The notes beneath the pieces are model-generated. The model was not told the DNA's origin, ran no database searches, and saw nothing but the letters and a program-made list of their open reading frames with translations. Shown here in pieces: positions 27,840-46,467 of a stretch of DNA of 64,000 nt; position 1 is the stretch's first letter, and each line of letters starts with the position of its first letter. The DNA lies in assembly GCF_009914755.1 (NCBI RefSeq), contig NC_060928.1; one strand, given 5' to 3'. The translations under genes and the position numbers were made by a program. This DNA comes from the human T2T-CHM13v2.0 reference genome, Homo sapiens.

Positions 27840-28215
27840 AAGCAATAGAAATGGATTGGCTTCCCTAATTGAAAGTTAAGGAATGTCATCCACACAGTCC
27901 ATGAAGCCAGCAGGACTTGGTCTCTCCATCTGTCAGCTCTGTTTTCCTAGAGTTGTGTGTTTTTACAGGTGAAATGGTGATGTGCAGTTCTCAGCTCACA
28001 TCCTTCTAGTTTAACAGCTAGCTGAACAACTCACGCATAAAAGAATACAACTTGACTGTATTTTTTTTGTTTGTTTTACCAACTCTGCACCAATTTCAGA
28101 TGTCTTTCTCATTGGCCTGGATTGGGTCGCATGCCTGCCCCTGAACTAATCCCTAAAGTGAGGCGAATGCCACACTCTTTTTGACCAGAACTAGGTAAAC
28201 CTGTACCCGTTTTGT
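27840..28215 (-). mobile_element. MLT1K-like MaLR LTR remnant
   Basis: TCTCATTGGCCTGGATTGGGTCGCATGCCTGCCCCTGAACTAATC typical of MLT1K/L; boundaries approximate. Confidence 0.5.
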
Positions 28216-29465
28216 GGCATCTGCAAGGAGTGGCATCTGCAGCTACACCAGGACAGTTCCTCAAAGGGCATGAAGGGGAGCAGAAGACTTGTTGTCCACA
28301 AAGGAGGTCGTTTTGGTCGGGCCATGAAGGAAGTGCAGGGTTTGGGCAGAGAAAGAGGGAGATGAGGTGTATTTCAGGTGGAGAATTCAGCAAAAGCAAT
28401 GATGTAGATACAGGAAATAAATTTAGCTGATTGGAAACATCAGCTGCATGTGGGTGATAAAGTGGAGTCGTATACTGGAGTGTTCTGAATGCCAAACAAA
28501 TAAGTTCGCTTTATTTTCTGGGCAATCAGAAGCCTCTGATCCCAACTGCAAATGAACACATGAAGTAAAATATTCCCCACTACGTGGTGAGTCTTGGGAG
28601 AGCCAAAAGGTATCCTTTTTTCCCACTTTGACTCCCAGCACAAGATAGAATGCTTAGTATCTAGCCAGGTCTCATTAAATACTTTTGAAGAAACATCCAT
28701 GTTATCACCAAATGCCTAATGATACTTGACACCTGTTGGGTGCTTCTGTGCATCAGACATGATGAAAAGTGCTTTCCAGGTATCTCATGGGTCGTCACAG
28801 AAAACGTATGAGGAAAATGTTGTGTGTATTACATTATTCATAGATGAAGACTGTGACACTTATCATTGTCAGGTAGTAGGTAGAAGGAGGACTTCAACTA
28901 ATGCATTCAAATCACACATTCATAGTATCACACCAGAGGACTCCAGGTAATGTTTGTGCAACACCTGAAAGAAGATAAAGGACTTCCATATACACACTGT
29001 CTTCCTTAGGCTTCACTGTATTCCCATGAGGTAGGTGCTATTATCATTTCCATTTATGGCTGATGAAATTCAGAGGAAAGAAGTAATGCAACCAGAATTA
29101 CAGAGCTACTAAGTAGAGGTGCTTGACTTGTGTTTGACAATTCTGTGTCTAAAATCCATGTACTTCCCCCACACACTTACGGTTTTCCCGCAGCTGCGAG
29201 GGAATATAAAGTGAGCATAGTGGGGAAGATAATCTGTTGGATTTTTTTTTAATTTTATTTTTTGCTAACTCTAACAGTCAGATTCCAATGTTCTGACAAA
29301 AAAATTATAAGCACATAGCACTTGTCTCAAATCTTTCAAATATAAAATGCGAGCCATGCAGGCTAAAATAAAAAGTCATTAGAATAGGCTCATGATTTTA
29401 GTTGAAGTGCTGCTGATTGAATCACATGAAAAGGGTCTAGGTTAGCTTTCTCTGTATTGTCTTTT

Positions 29466-29658
29466 AAATTTTTTTTAATTTTTTTTATTTCCATAGGTTT
29501 TGGGGGAACAGGTGGTATTTAGTTACATGACTAAGTTCTTTAGTGGTGATTTGTGAGACTTTGTTGCACCCATCACGCGAGCAGTATACACTGAACCCAA
29601 TTTGTAGTCTTTTATCCCTCACCCCCTTCCCAGCCTTTCACCCTGAGTCCTCAAATTC
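29466..29658 (-). mobile_element. Very short 5'-truncated L1PB (L1PB1-like) 3' end
   Basis: GGGGAACAGGTGGTATTTAGTTACATGACTAAGTTCTTTAGTGGTGATTTGTGAGA; perfect 14-bp TSD CTGTATTGTCTTTT at 29452-29465 and 29659-29672. Confidence 0.9.
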
Positions 29659-29763
29659 CTGTATTGTCTTTTCTTGCTCATACAAATATCCACAAATTCT
29701 TTGCTCCTGAGATCCTTTACATTCATTCCATGAGGCATTGAATGGGAACCCTTCTATGAGGAG

Positions 29764-30114
29764 CCATGGTTTGGCTCTGTGTCCCTACCCAAATCTTAAA
29801 TTGTAATCCCCATGTGTTGAGGAAGGGAGGTGATTGGATCATGGAGATGGTTTCCCCCATGCTGTTCTCGTGATTGTGAGTGAGTTCTCATGAGAGCTGA
29901 TGGTTTTATAAGGGGCTCTTCACCCTTTGCTTCCTTCACAGGCTCTTTCACCTGCTGCCATGTAAGACATGCCTGCTTCCCCTTCTGCCATGATTGTAAG
30001 TTTCCTGATGCCTCTCCAGCCCTGTGGAACTATGAGTCTAATAAACCTCCTTTGTTTATAAATTACCCAGTCTCAGGTAGTATCTTTATAACAGTGTGAA
30101 AACAGACTAATACA
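29764..30114 (+). mobile_element. Solo MaLR LTR (THE1D/MSTA-like)
   Basis: ATGGTTTGGCTCTGTGTCCC...CTGCCATGATTGTAAGTTTCCTGA...CAGACTAATACA; 5-bp TSD AGGAG. Confidence 0.9.
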
Positions 30115-31789
30115 AGGAGCACTTGGCAAGGTGAACTGGCTTGTAAAGCACTTTCGAACTTGTAACTTGAACTTTGATGCAGCATATGACATATTGAATG
30201 CATCACCTAGAATCAAACCTAGGATTCACAAATTAGGGATGGATATGAAGAACTACTTTTGTTTCATTTGAATCTGAAGGTAGCAAGAAAGTAAGGATGT
30301 TTTTACACTTGGTGCATGCATGTGCTGGTATGGTGGCATGCAGTTGGGTGATAACAAATGACCACTACAATGATTAAAAAATTAACATCACTTGAAGACT
30401 TACTGTGTCCCAAGCACTGTCTCAAACAGTGTATGTGGAAATCTGCCTTTAGCGTGGAGACTTCACTTGCTTTGTGTTTAAGTTAGAGTTCTCTTTGTTT
30501 CTGAGAGTCTTTGGTGAGTCTTTCAGTTTTATTGATGTAGGACAAATCCATATCCATTGCTCTTGGCAAAGACCAATCAACAGTGGAGTTTTCCAACTGC
30601 AGATGCTGTCAATGGCAGTATGAAGTCATTGGTTTAGAAATTTACATTGGACATATATGTTGTGTCCCTGAAAATAGTGCAAGGTATTTTTTTTCTAAAT
30701 TTGCATTTAAATTTCTGTATGTCTAAACATTATTTTTTGTCTTAGGGATTTATTTGCATGTTTTCTTGTTAAGCATTTACTCCCAGGAGATGGAGAGTGG
30801 AGGGCAGACAACATACGAGGGATGTGTTTGTTGGATCTCTTCCTCACCTGGCATTGGAGGAAAGGTTAGGAAAAAGAGTTGGGATCAGCTTGGTACAGCA
30901 CAGTACAATCCAAGCAGGACTACTGACATCTCACATATAGAGTTGACTGACTAAAAAGCAAGAATTTTAGAAATGGGCTGTCAGATGAGGGGACTGCCAG
31001 GACTGTAAGATTAAAATACATCTTATACTGGGGATGGGATTTCCAGTGATGAGAAACAATGTTGTGCCTGCCAGTAGTTGTGGGAGAAGATCCTGGGCCA
31101 GGATATGAGGTGGGACTTAAATGAATGTTAGAGAGGTAGAGATTAACACATTCTCCTTTCTACTCTTTGTCTCTGGAGTGGCTAGGGCAAGAGGGTTTCC
31201 CAATCAGTTGGGCCTAGAGTTGAATTTATGGAAATGGACGTTGATTCTAGCTGGGATGTGTAAGTGTGGAAATAGGCAGAAAGTCAAGGAAAGATTCCAG
31301 TTTGAGCAGCCACTTATACTAAATGAGTAACTGCTTCTTCTAAGTAGCCATGAATAGAATAATTTAGGGCAGATGAGTGGCTCCTCTGGAGGCCAGGATG
31401 GGCCACATCTTCGATATAAGACAGCTGTCTCTGGAAGAGAGAATATTTGACCAGTCAATTGGTGGTAGAAGTCACAGCCTGCTAGCAAGGAGAGGGTGGA
31501 AAGGAAGGATAATAATAAGGATAAAAACAAAGATTTGTTGAACGTTCATTGAATACATACCATGTGCCATTCACTGCATTAAACTGTAGCTTCAAGCACA
31601 AATGCCTTCTAGCTTGGGAGATGATTACTCTGAGAGGCAGGGGAAACTGGAACTAAATATGGGAATAGCAGCTTCACACCTCCCTTCTCACCGAGGCAAG
31701 CAACCAATTATTGAAAGTGGAATTTCACACACTGTTGAACTGTTATTTCTTCCCTTTCTTTCTTTTTATCTCTATCTCTGGACAAGAGC

Positions 31790-31990
31790 TTACAGTTGAA
31801 TTCACATAAATTCGATGTGGGTGTTGGGTACTGTACTTGCATGATCTCATGTAACCTTTATAACAATCCAACAAGGCCCATAGGTAACAGCTATTATTTT
31901 TTCTTATGTTATATCTAGAGAAACTGAGGGTGGGGAGGTTGAGTGATTTTTCCAGAGCCATATGGAGCTAAGTGGGGTATCTGGCACTCA
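31790..31990 (-). mobile_element. MIR
   Basis: GAGAAACTGAGG...GGTTGAGTGATTTTTCCAGAGCCA. Confidence 0.55.
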
Positions 31991-32683
31991 GGGCCAGGGA
32001 AGAGGGAATTAAATTTAACAGCAATGAAGGAACACAAGCTCTCATGTCCCTTTGCTCATCTCCAGGGTCATAATCCACTTTTAGAGTTTCATGACCTCCT
32101 GATGGGACTGTTGTAAAATCCACCAACTTATTTCACAGTCTAAACACTCTCACCCTTTCTTTCCCAACTCATCCTTTCCTATCCTGTTTATCTTCTGGAT
32201 GAATCTGAGTTCACGCTGAATTTCTTGCGATCTAAAGCATGATAGTCCTTTCACTTCTCCTTGCCTTTGCATTTCCTATCTTCTTTGTCTAGGGTATATG
32301 TTCTCCTTCTGTCATTGACAAGAAAGCCCCTCATCTCTTAAAAATGGGCCAATGTCAAGTCCTTCAGGAAAAAGCATAGCATAATACTTAGAAGCAGTGA
32401 CCCTGGCTCTGCCACTTAACATCTGTGGGAATTCTCTAAGCTTTTGTTAGTGTTTTCATCTCTAAAATGGAGCCAGCACTACCTATATCACGGGATTATT
32501 AAAATCATGAAAGATAAGGGCTTTGCATAGATCCTGAGACACAGTGAAAGCAGAATGAATGTTATTATTTTATGTAACTGCATGTATTATTTTCAGTTCT
32601 CCATGAAAACATCCATCATTCTTCAAGTATTATTAACCACCTTCTCAGATGGGTTGTAGAGTAGATACTGTTCATATATACAT

Positions 32684-32685
<2 letters not shown>

Positions 32686-32717
<32 letters not shown>
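32686..32717. repeat. (CA)n microsatellite
   Basis: Direct reading. Confidence 0.9.
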
Positions 32718-32720
<3 letters not shown>

Positions 32721-33401
32721 AATTTATTGTTATCTTTAATTATCTGCTTAAATATCTCTTCTTTTACCATCTTATCCTCTGTCCCCATATATATTTCCTG
32801 TAAATAATAGCACAGAAGTCTTCTGCCTCCAATACTGTGGAAATCTAGGCTATGGAAGTTGAGTCCAGGAAAATCCCTAGAAAGCAGATCCCAAGGATCT
32901 GTTTTGGGGATGAACTGCTTATGGTCTGTATGCAATATGGGACCCGTGGTGGTTGTAAACAATGGGATAATAACCCCTGGCATGTAGAGGCATTATAATG
33001 AATGGTGTTTTTACCTCTGATTAATTGCGATAATGTGAAAGAAGTAGGTGGGGCGTTATTTTGTGCAAAGGCTCTGCTGAATAAATAGTGTGGGGAAAAT
33101 GATAATTGGGAGGATATTGGAGTGGGTTAACTGCATTGTAATACTTAGGAAAACAAAATGATAGCATCAGAGCAGTAAACTGTGAACTCAAAGCATGCCA
33201 TGAAGGTCAGAGGGGCTTTATGGCTGCTTTGGAGAGCAATGATTCCTTTTATGGTTAAGGTGCAGATTATGTAGAAAATCTGAGTGGCAGAACCACAGAG
33301 GAGACTGAATGCACAGCCACACTACTTAGGACCTTACAGAAAAAGAGTGGGAGCCTGAGAGATGGCTAGGGTATATTTGGGTGGATGAGCCTGAGAATCT
33401 T

Positions 33402-34216
33402 TTTTTTTTAAATTTTATTTTATTATTATTATACTTTAAGTTTTAGGGTACATGTGCACAACGTTCAGGTTTGTTACATATGTATACATGTGCCATGTTG
33501 GTTGGCTGCACCCATTATCTTGTCATTTAGCATTAGGTATATCTCCTAATGCTATCCCTCCCCCATCCCCCCACCCCACAACAGTCGCTGGTGTGTGATG
33601 TTCCCCTTCCTGTGTCCATGTGTTCTCATTGTTCAATTCCCACCTACGAGTGAGAACATGTGGTGTTTGGTTTTTTGTCCTTGCGATAGTTTGCTGGGAA
33701 TGATGATTTCCAGCTTCATCCATGTCCCTAGAAAGGACATGAACTTATCATTTTTTAAGGCTGCATGGTATTCCATGGTGTATATGTGCCACATTTTCTT
33801 AATCCAGTCTATCATTGTTGGACATTTAGGTTGGTTCCAAGTCTTTGCTATTGTGAATAGTGCTGCTATAAACATAAGTGTGCATGTGTCTTTATAGCAG
33901 CATGATTTATAATCCTTTGGGTATATACCCAGTAATGGGATGACTGGGTCAAATGGTATTTCTAGTTCTAGATCCCTGAGGAATCGCCACACTGACTTCC
34001 ACAATGGTTGAACTAGTTTACAGTCCCACCAACAGTGTAAAAGTGTTCCTATTTCTCCACATCCTCTGAACAGACAATTCTCAAAAGAAAACATTTATGC
34101 AGCCAAAAAACACATGAAAAAATGCTCATCATCACTGGCCATCAGAGAAATGCAAATCAAAACCACAATGAGATACCGTCTCACACCAGTTAGAATGGTG
34201 ATCATTAAAAAGTCAG
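33402..34216 (-). mobile_element. 5'-truncated, 5'-inverted L1 (L1PA3/4-like)
   Basis: Minus-strand 3' end 33402-34067, plus-strand inverted piece 34068-34216; 15-bp TSD GAGCCTGAGAATCTT at 33387-33401 and 34217-34231. Confidence 0.95.
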
Positions 34217-34552
34217 GAGCCTGAGAATCTTAAATCTGCAAATTCCCTTGAATTTCCACTACCAGAAGACCCAGTCACCTTCCTCTTGCTGGAGGATAGC
34301 AGCCTCTTACGTGGTGACCATGTGAGGATCTACACTGAGACAGGGCCTCATAATGCTATTCTGTTCTCAAGATCTGCCTCCGCCACCCCTCAGTCCCTCC
34401 AGGCCAATATCTAGGGTCAGGACTTAGCAATATCTGAATGGAGAAGTACTATCTCAGCTCCAGGATAAAAGGGCTTACATCTCAAAGGATTGCAGAACTT
34501 GACTAATAGGCACTGGTGAGGACTGGGGGATCACTGTGGGAGTGAAATGTGA

Positions 34553-35023
<471 letters not shown>

Positions 35024-36793
35024 TAAAGATGGACCAGAATGAATGCGGTGGAGATGCCAAAACCTCCTTGGAAGCGCATTGTGGAATGGGTCAGAACGCC
35101 TGGGTAGGTGAAGAAGTTCAAATGACTTTGCTCTGTAAGACTTTGCAAGCCTACCAGCTGTGGTACTGATATGCTAGGAGTCTTCCATTTGGAGTTGGAG
35201 CCAGTGGAGACAGGGCAATAAATGGAATTTGATCCTAAGTCTTTCTTACAGTTATTATTCAGGATGCAAGTGAGTTAGAAATCCTTAGCTTCCAGTAGAA
35301 AGTTCACATTGGTTCTCTGAACTGTGGTATAAAGACCACTGTGGTACAAAAGACTGAGTCGAAACTCATGAAACTGCCCTGTGCCATGCTGGTTGAGGTA
35401 GCCAATCAGACACAACACTGCCACTCTCAAAGATTTAAAGGATTCAGAGGTGAGGGGCTCCATCATTGCTGCTTTGAACAGTATGCACCCTGCAACACCA
35501 GAGGGTTTGTAGAGGGTGACAGTGGATACCATAAGCTAACAAGGTACTGCTCTAGTAGCAGCTGCTGGGCTTGGTGTGGTGTGTTACTGCAGCAGGACTA
35601 AACAGTTTCTGGTGCTTGGAATGCATATTTTAAGTTGGAAAATGCATTATTTTTCACCACATAAGTGGAGGAGGATCCAAATCATTTCACCTTTGTAAAG
35701 CAGAAAAGCAGTAACCATACACTCCCATGTCTTAGGGCTGTGTTAATTCTCCCGCACTCTGTTGTAATATTGCTTGTAGAGATCACAACCATCTTGCTGT
35801 TATCAGACCTTCATGCTGTCTACTCTATTGATGACATCTCACTGACAAATTGTCTATTGTAAGCTGAATGTATGCTGGAAATGGTGTATTAGGAATTGAG
35901 CTCAAGAAGATCCAGAAATGATACCAGCAAACAGGTAGCCTAGACTCACTCCCATGTTATTCTGACACCTCTCTCTTGACACACACCTGCGGCTTGCTGG
36001 GATATTTCCTGTGATTAGTTGACAACTGAGGAAAGGACCCAGGCCTGGTTCACAATGGACTGGCATGATGTTGGTGCTAGCTGAAAATGCACTATTGTTC
36101 TATTATAGCACCATTAAAGGACAATGATGAAATAGAATACTTTGGCTGGGCAGAGTTTTAAACACCTGGTCATGAGCTTGGTGTGGTGGGAGATGTTGCC
36201 TGCTAAGATGCAGGCATATGCACACATACACACACCCGTGCACACACTTCTGGGCAGTGGCAAATGGTTTGGGTGGAATAATGAAAGGATCACGAATGGA
36301 AAATCAGGGACAAGTTGCTAGTGGAAACAAGTGTGTAGATGAACCTATGACCATGAGCCTAGAGCATGTGGATCATTTATCTTAGGTAAATGCCTGCCAG
36401 AGAGCACCTCCTGTGAAGGAGGATTTGAACACCCAGGGGAAAGATGATTTCCCTTCTAATCTCAGCTGGGCTCTGTCCCTGGCCCCCTAAGTGCTCCTTG
36501 CTGCAGCCTTAAGGTGATCGGCAGTGCGGTTATGTGATAGTTTTCAAAACCATAAAAACAGTATTTCTTTTTATTGTATTAGTTTCTTTCTGGTCCAACC
36601 ACTCTTTAACCATATTTAGTCTGTTGGTGTGGTGCTATGATGTCATTTTTAAATTAAAAGAAAACTAACCATACATTTTCTTAGTTAAGATCATACAGAG
36701 AGGAAATAAACCGTTAGGATCTGTCAAATTAATTACAATACATCCTTGCTATGGAATCTATGTTAAAAAGAGAGAGAGAGAGAAGAAAAAACG

Positions 36794-37104
36794 GGCTAGG
36801 TGCAGTGGTTCATGCCTGTAATCCCAGCACTTTCGGAAGCCAAGGTGGGTGGATTGCCACAGCTCAGGAGTTTGAGACTAGCCTGGGCAACATTGTGAAG
36901 CCCTGTCTCTACTAAAAATACAAAAAATTAGCGGGGTATGGTGGCACACACTTGAAATCCCAGCTGTCTGAGAGTCTGAGGCATGAGAATTTGCTTGAGC
37001 TCCTTGAGCCTGGAAGGCAGAGGTTGCAGTGAGCCGAGATCATGCCGCCGCACTGCAGCCTGGGCGATAGAATGAGACTCAGTCAAAAAAAAAAAAAAAA
37101 AAAA
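36794..37104 (+). mobile_element. Alu (AluS/Jb-like)
   Basis: Full dimer with A20 tail. Confidence 0.92.
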
Positions 37105-38438
37105 GCCTGCATGATTTTTTGTTTCTTTCTTGAAACTTCTCTACTTAAAAATTTAAAAATACATTTGAATAATAAAAAAATAATAATTTTTAATGGGAGA
37201 GAAATTATTTTGAATGTAAAATGAGTGTGATGGGGAGGAAAATTGTGGGTTTATGCATTAGATTGTTCAGATTCTGTGTATTTACTGTCTTTGGGAGCTG
37301 AAGTTAGTTTTTTTTTTTTTTTACTTTACTTTCTTCCTGTGTAAAATGAAAATAATGACACCTATTATACACAATTACTTTAAGATTAAATGAGATAGTC
37401 CCTTTGGTGCACCTGATATATATAATCAAGATGAAATATTTTGAATGCATAGATTGGCAAGCAGGCTGCACTGTGGATTTATTGCTAGACAAATACAACT
37501 TGTGTCAATTTGAAGAAGTCACCAATAAAAATGAAAAATGCCAAACCAAATATTTCTTTGCTCCTTGTTGGAAAGTCACATAAAGAGACAAGATAATAAA
37601 ACTTAAACTCAGGGACACGTTTTAAGTCCATGATTTGCCTGAAATTGTAGTTGTTAGTTGTGTTTTGCTTTCCTTCTTGTATGAAAGCACCTTTCTCTAA
37701 GTCCCTAGTGATATTTGTGCCAAACAAAATAATTGGCTCATTAGGCTGCTGTAGTATTGCCTCTCACTCGGCACCCATATCCTTCTAGTAAGCTGGAAAG
37801 AAGAAACAGAGCTCTCTATTCAGAGACCACACAGCTTGCTATCTTTTTTTGCACATCTCGAAGTCAAAGAGGACACAAAAGGATGTTTTTCTGAGCCAAT
37901 TGGCAGCGCACTCTTATTCTGAACTGCTGGGGCTGGAAGTCTTTCAATGCATGGTAATACTGCCACCATGTGGTCAAACTGAGAAAACCTCGCCCAAATC
38001 CTTCAGTCGAAGAGGATTTTCCTTAACATTAATGGGACAGAAGCATTGCGCTTCTTCGACTGGGATTGTTTCACGATAGTCACAAACTATCGTGATTGTT
38101 TAGGTAAACGGTTGTCTCACATAAAGGGGCTGAGTGTACTTGATTGGGTGCTAACTGCTAATCCTCCCATTAGCGTGACTGTAACTTTAAATCATTGGTA
38201 CTTTGAAGTTTCTGTTCTAGGAAATAAGGATGAGAATCTCCATGCTTCCCTATTTCATAAGGTAAGGGAGATACAGTAATATATGCATCGCAACTCTAGA
38301 TGTAATGGTGTCATAAAATTTCGGGGAGAAAAGTGGGATTTGCTAACCAAAGTGCTGCTATTTGAATGCTGCCACTTTTTAGGGGTATGATCTGAAACAA
38401 GTTTTTTCATTTCCTTGGTCCATAGTTTATTGTTCTGA

Positions 38439-38722
<284 letters not shown>

Positions 38723-39716
38723 TAACTAAGATATTATGTTGATTGTTTGCTGAAAAATTGCTTTTTTAAAATGTAAAATGCTACACCAATATTAGTTTGC
38801 ATGATTATTATTTGAATACAGACTTAAGAATCTTTATGGCGAAAATTATGCTTGGCTGAATTAGAAGATCTGTGTCCTGGTTCCCACTTGCTCACTAGTA
38901 TTTTAGGTAAAATTGGACAAGTCAGATCTGAAGACATCCATTATTCCCTCTCTCATATATGGATAATGAGCTCATATTTTGTGTATCCTATGGTGAATGT
39001 TATTGACATGAACCTTTTGGGGAGATATTTTGAAGACTCTATGCGTGTCAAGCATGTTACATGTTTAGATCTTATTCTTATTTCATTCCAATAACAAGTA
39101 ATTCTTTCCTCCTATTAACTGGTAATAGGGTCATTCATGGATCACAGATTTGCTTCAAAGTAAATAAATAATCCCTATAAATTCATGCCTCATTTATTAT
39201 AAATTATAATGCAACCAGGAGCTAGAATCACCCATACCCCTAAAGCATACACAATTGAATATCTTCAGCTGGAGAATACAGTGTTAGCTTCTTTGTGGCA
39301 GGTGGCAATTTAAATAGATGCTCTACCTGCTGATCCTGTTGATTTTATGTGCCCTATTAAAATGCATTTTCTGAATGACTTAGTTTAACATAGCGAATAA
39401 TTTACAAGAAAAATTTTCCATCTCTCTCCCCAATGTTTGAAATAAGAGCATGTTCTGCTTTTTCCCATAGCCCATTTCTCCATTAAAAGAATGTTCCACA
39501 TCAGAAATATAATTCCTCTCACACTGGCATTTACAGAGGTCACATTACATTGAACAGAACATTCTTGAGTATGGCTTGATGAACAGCTGATCCACCTCCA
39601 TACACCTCACACACAGATCTTGCCAGGTGGAGAAGCAGCACAGGAAAGGGAAAACCTGTGTCCTCCTGGGTACCAGAGAACAGCTTGGCTTTAAGCTTAT
39701 GGAAAAATGGAGAATA

Positions 39717-39732
39717 CTCTCTCTCACACACA

Positions 39733-39772
<40 letters not shown>
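39717..39772. repeat. (CT)n(CA)n microsatellite
   Basis: Direct reading. Confidence 0.9.
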
Positions 39773-39774
<2 letters not shown>

Positions 39775-40132
39775 ATTTCTGGGAGAATATACAAAGACTT
39801 AAGAGAGATTAGCTATGAAGAATGAAGATAGGAATGAATAGTTTGGGGAGGATTGGGGAAACCTTGATTTACATTTTTCAGTGTTAATGGTGTTTTTCTT
39901 ACTATAAATGCGTGAATACATATCACTTCTATGCAAAAAATGATACTCTTTAGGTATTTAAAAGAATGATATCTGCATAGGCCATGTAAGCATTCCAAGA
40001 TATTTTCAATAAAAAAGGAAGTTACAGAATATGTATAGTCATATATATGTGTACATATACACATATATAATGTATGCCTATGTATACATATATCACTATA
40101 TATCTAACTTCCTTTCTATTATTTATATATAA

Positions 40133-40450
<318 letters not shown>

Positions 40451-40480
40451 AACTTTTTTATTATTTATACAGACAATGTG

Positions 40481-40519
<39 letters not shown>

Positions 40520-41565
40520 CATATATATATACACACACACATATATATAGACAATATGTGTGTATGTATGTATATACTTAGAAAAATTATGAACGTCTAC
40601 ATAGCCATATAGTTAAAAATTATTATAAGTGAAAAGATTGAAAGGGCTCCAGTGAAGAAAACATGAACTTTAAAACTGTTCTTGCATATTCTGAGTTTTT
40701 GATTGAATTTGTATACTAAAAACGCATTTGTGTATTACTTATGTTGTTCAAAAAGTATATATTTTTAGGGATCAGTCAGATTAGGTGGCTGTTTTGTGGC
40801 GGATGAAATATACCCACTTGCCCTGGGCTGTTTCCTGCAGTCTCTGCCCAGGATTTCTAGTCTCTATGCTGAGCCTGTCTGTAAGGTGTTTTCTACCCAG
40901 CCCGGACTGGATGATGGTCCTTCACTCTAGTCCCGTAATATTCCACTCCCACTTCTACCTGAGAATTAACTACACTGCATTTTACCTGCTTCTTAATTAT
41001 CCGACCCAGATAGAACGCAACTTATGGTCACATTTCTACATAGTTTCTGATGTATAATAGGCTCTAAAATCAATGTTTATAAAATGGATGGATAAATGGA
41101 AACAGGGAAGAAACAAGCAGGAAAGGAAGGAAGGAAAGGAGGAGAGGATGGAGGAAAGAAGGGAGAAATATACATAAAAGAAGTGGTCGAATTGGATCTT
41201 CATCAAGAACAAAAATATCTGAGTTTTTATTCAGCTGTGTCTGAAGAAAAAATGATGGAGAAATGAGAATTCCAGTCATTATAGAGATATACATCATTGG
41301 GGACAAGTATTTTTCTTCTGTTTTTGTGTGTGTGTGTGAGTATATTTCTTTTTTATTATTATTATACTTTAAGTTTTAGGGTACATGTGCACAATGTACA
41401 GGTTAGTTACATATATATACATGTGCCATGGTGGTGTGCTGCACCCATTAACTAGTTATTTAACATTAGGTATATCTCCTAATGCTATCCTTCCCCCTTC
41501 CCCCCACCCCACAACAGGCCCTGATGTGTGATGTTCCCCTTCCTGTGTCCATGTGTTCTCATTGT

Positions 41566-45386
<3,821 letters not shown>

Positions 45387-45449
45387 TATGATGTTAGCTG
45401 GTTATTTTGCTCGTTAGTTGATGCAGTTTCTTCCTAGCCTCGATGGTCT

Positions 45450-46467
45450 TTACAATTTGGCATGTTTTTGCAGTGGCTGGTACCAGTTGTTCCTGTCCAT
45501 GTTTAGTGCTTTCTTCAGGAGCTGTTGTAGGGCAGGCCTGGTGGTGACAAAATCTCTCAGCATTTGGTTGTCTGTAAAGAATTTTATTTCTCCTTTACTT
45601 ATGAAGCTTAGTTTGGCTGGATATGAAATTCTGGGTTGAAAATTCTTTTCTTTAAGAATGTTGAATATTGGCCCCCACTCTCTTCTGGCTTGTAGAGTTT
45701 CTGCTGAGAGATCAGCTGTTAGTCTGATGGGCTTCCCTTTGTGGGTAACCTGACCTTTCTCTCTGGCTGCCCTTAACATTTTTTCCTTCATTTCAACTTT
45801 GGTGAATCTGACAATTATGTGTCTTGGAGTTGCTCTTCTTGAGGAGCATCTTTGTGGCATTCTCTGTATTTCCTGAATTTGAGTGTTGGCCTGCTTTGCT
45901 ATATTGGGGAAGTTCTCCTGTATAATATCCTGCAGAGTGTTTTCTAACTTGGTTCCATTCTCCCTGTCACTTTCAGGTACACCAATCAGATGTAGATTTG
46001 GTCTTTTCACATATTCCCATATTTCTTGGAGGCTTTGTTCGTTTCTTTTTATTCTTTTTTTATCTAAACTTCTCTTTTCGCTTCATTTCATTCATTTCAT
46101 CTTCCATCACTGATACCCTGTCTTCCAGTTCATTGAATTGGCTACTGAGGCTTTTGCATTCGTCACGTAGTTCTTGTGCCTTGGTTTTCAGCTCCATCAG
46201 GTCCTTTAAGGACTTCTCTGCATTGGTTATTCTAGTTAGCCATTTGTCTAATTTTTTTTCAAGGTTTTTAACTTCTTTGCCATGGGTTCGAACTTCCTCC
46301 TTTAGCTTGGAGTAGTTTGATCATCTGAAGCCTTCTTCTCTCAGCTCATCAAAGTCATTCTCCGTCCAGCTTTGTTCCGTTGCTGGTGAGGAGCTGCGTT
46401 CCTTTGGAGGAGGAGAGGTGCTCTGATTTTTAGAGTTTCCAGTTTTTCTGCTCTGTTTTTTCCCTGT
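45450..46467 (-). pseudogene. Disrupted L1 ORF1p
   Basis: Start codon position reads ACA; the C-terminal 186 aa (45450-46010) is open. Confidence 0.9.

Noticed and set aside
30750-31500. Purine-rich block, possibly an ancient LTR or ERV fragment
   Set aside because: Too degenerate to assign by eye
33633-34094. 153-aa ORF with a novel N-terminus
   Set aside because: Chimeric reading across the L1 inversion junction
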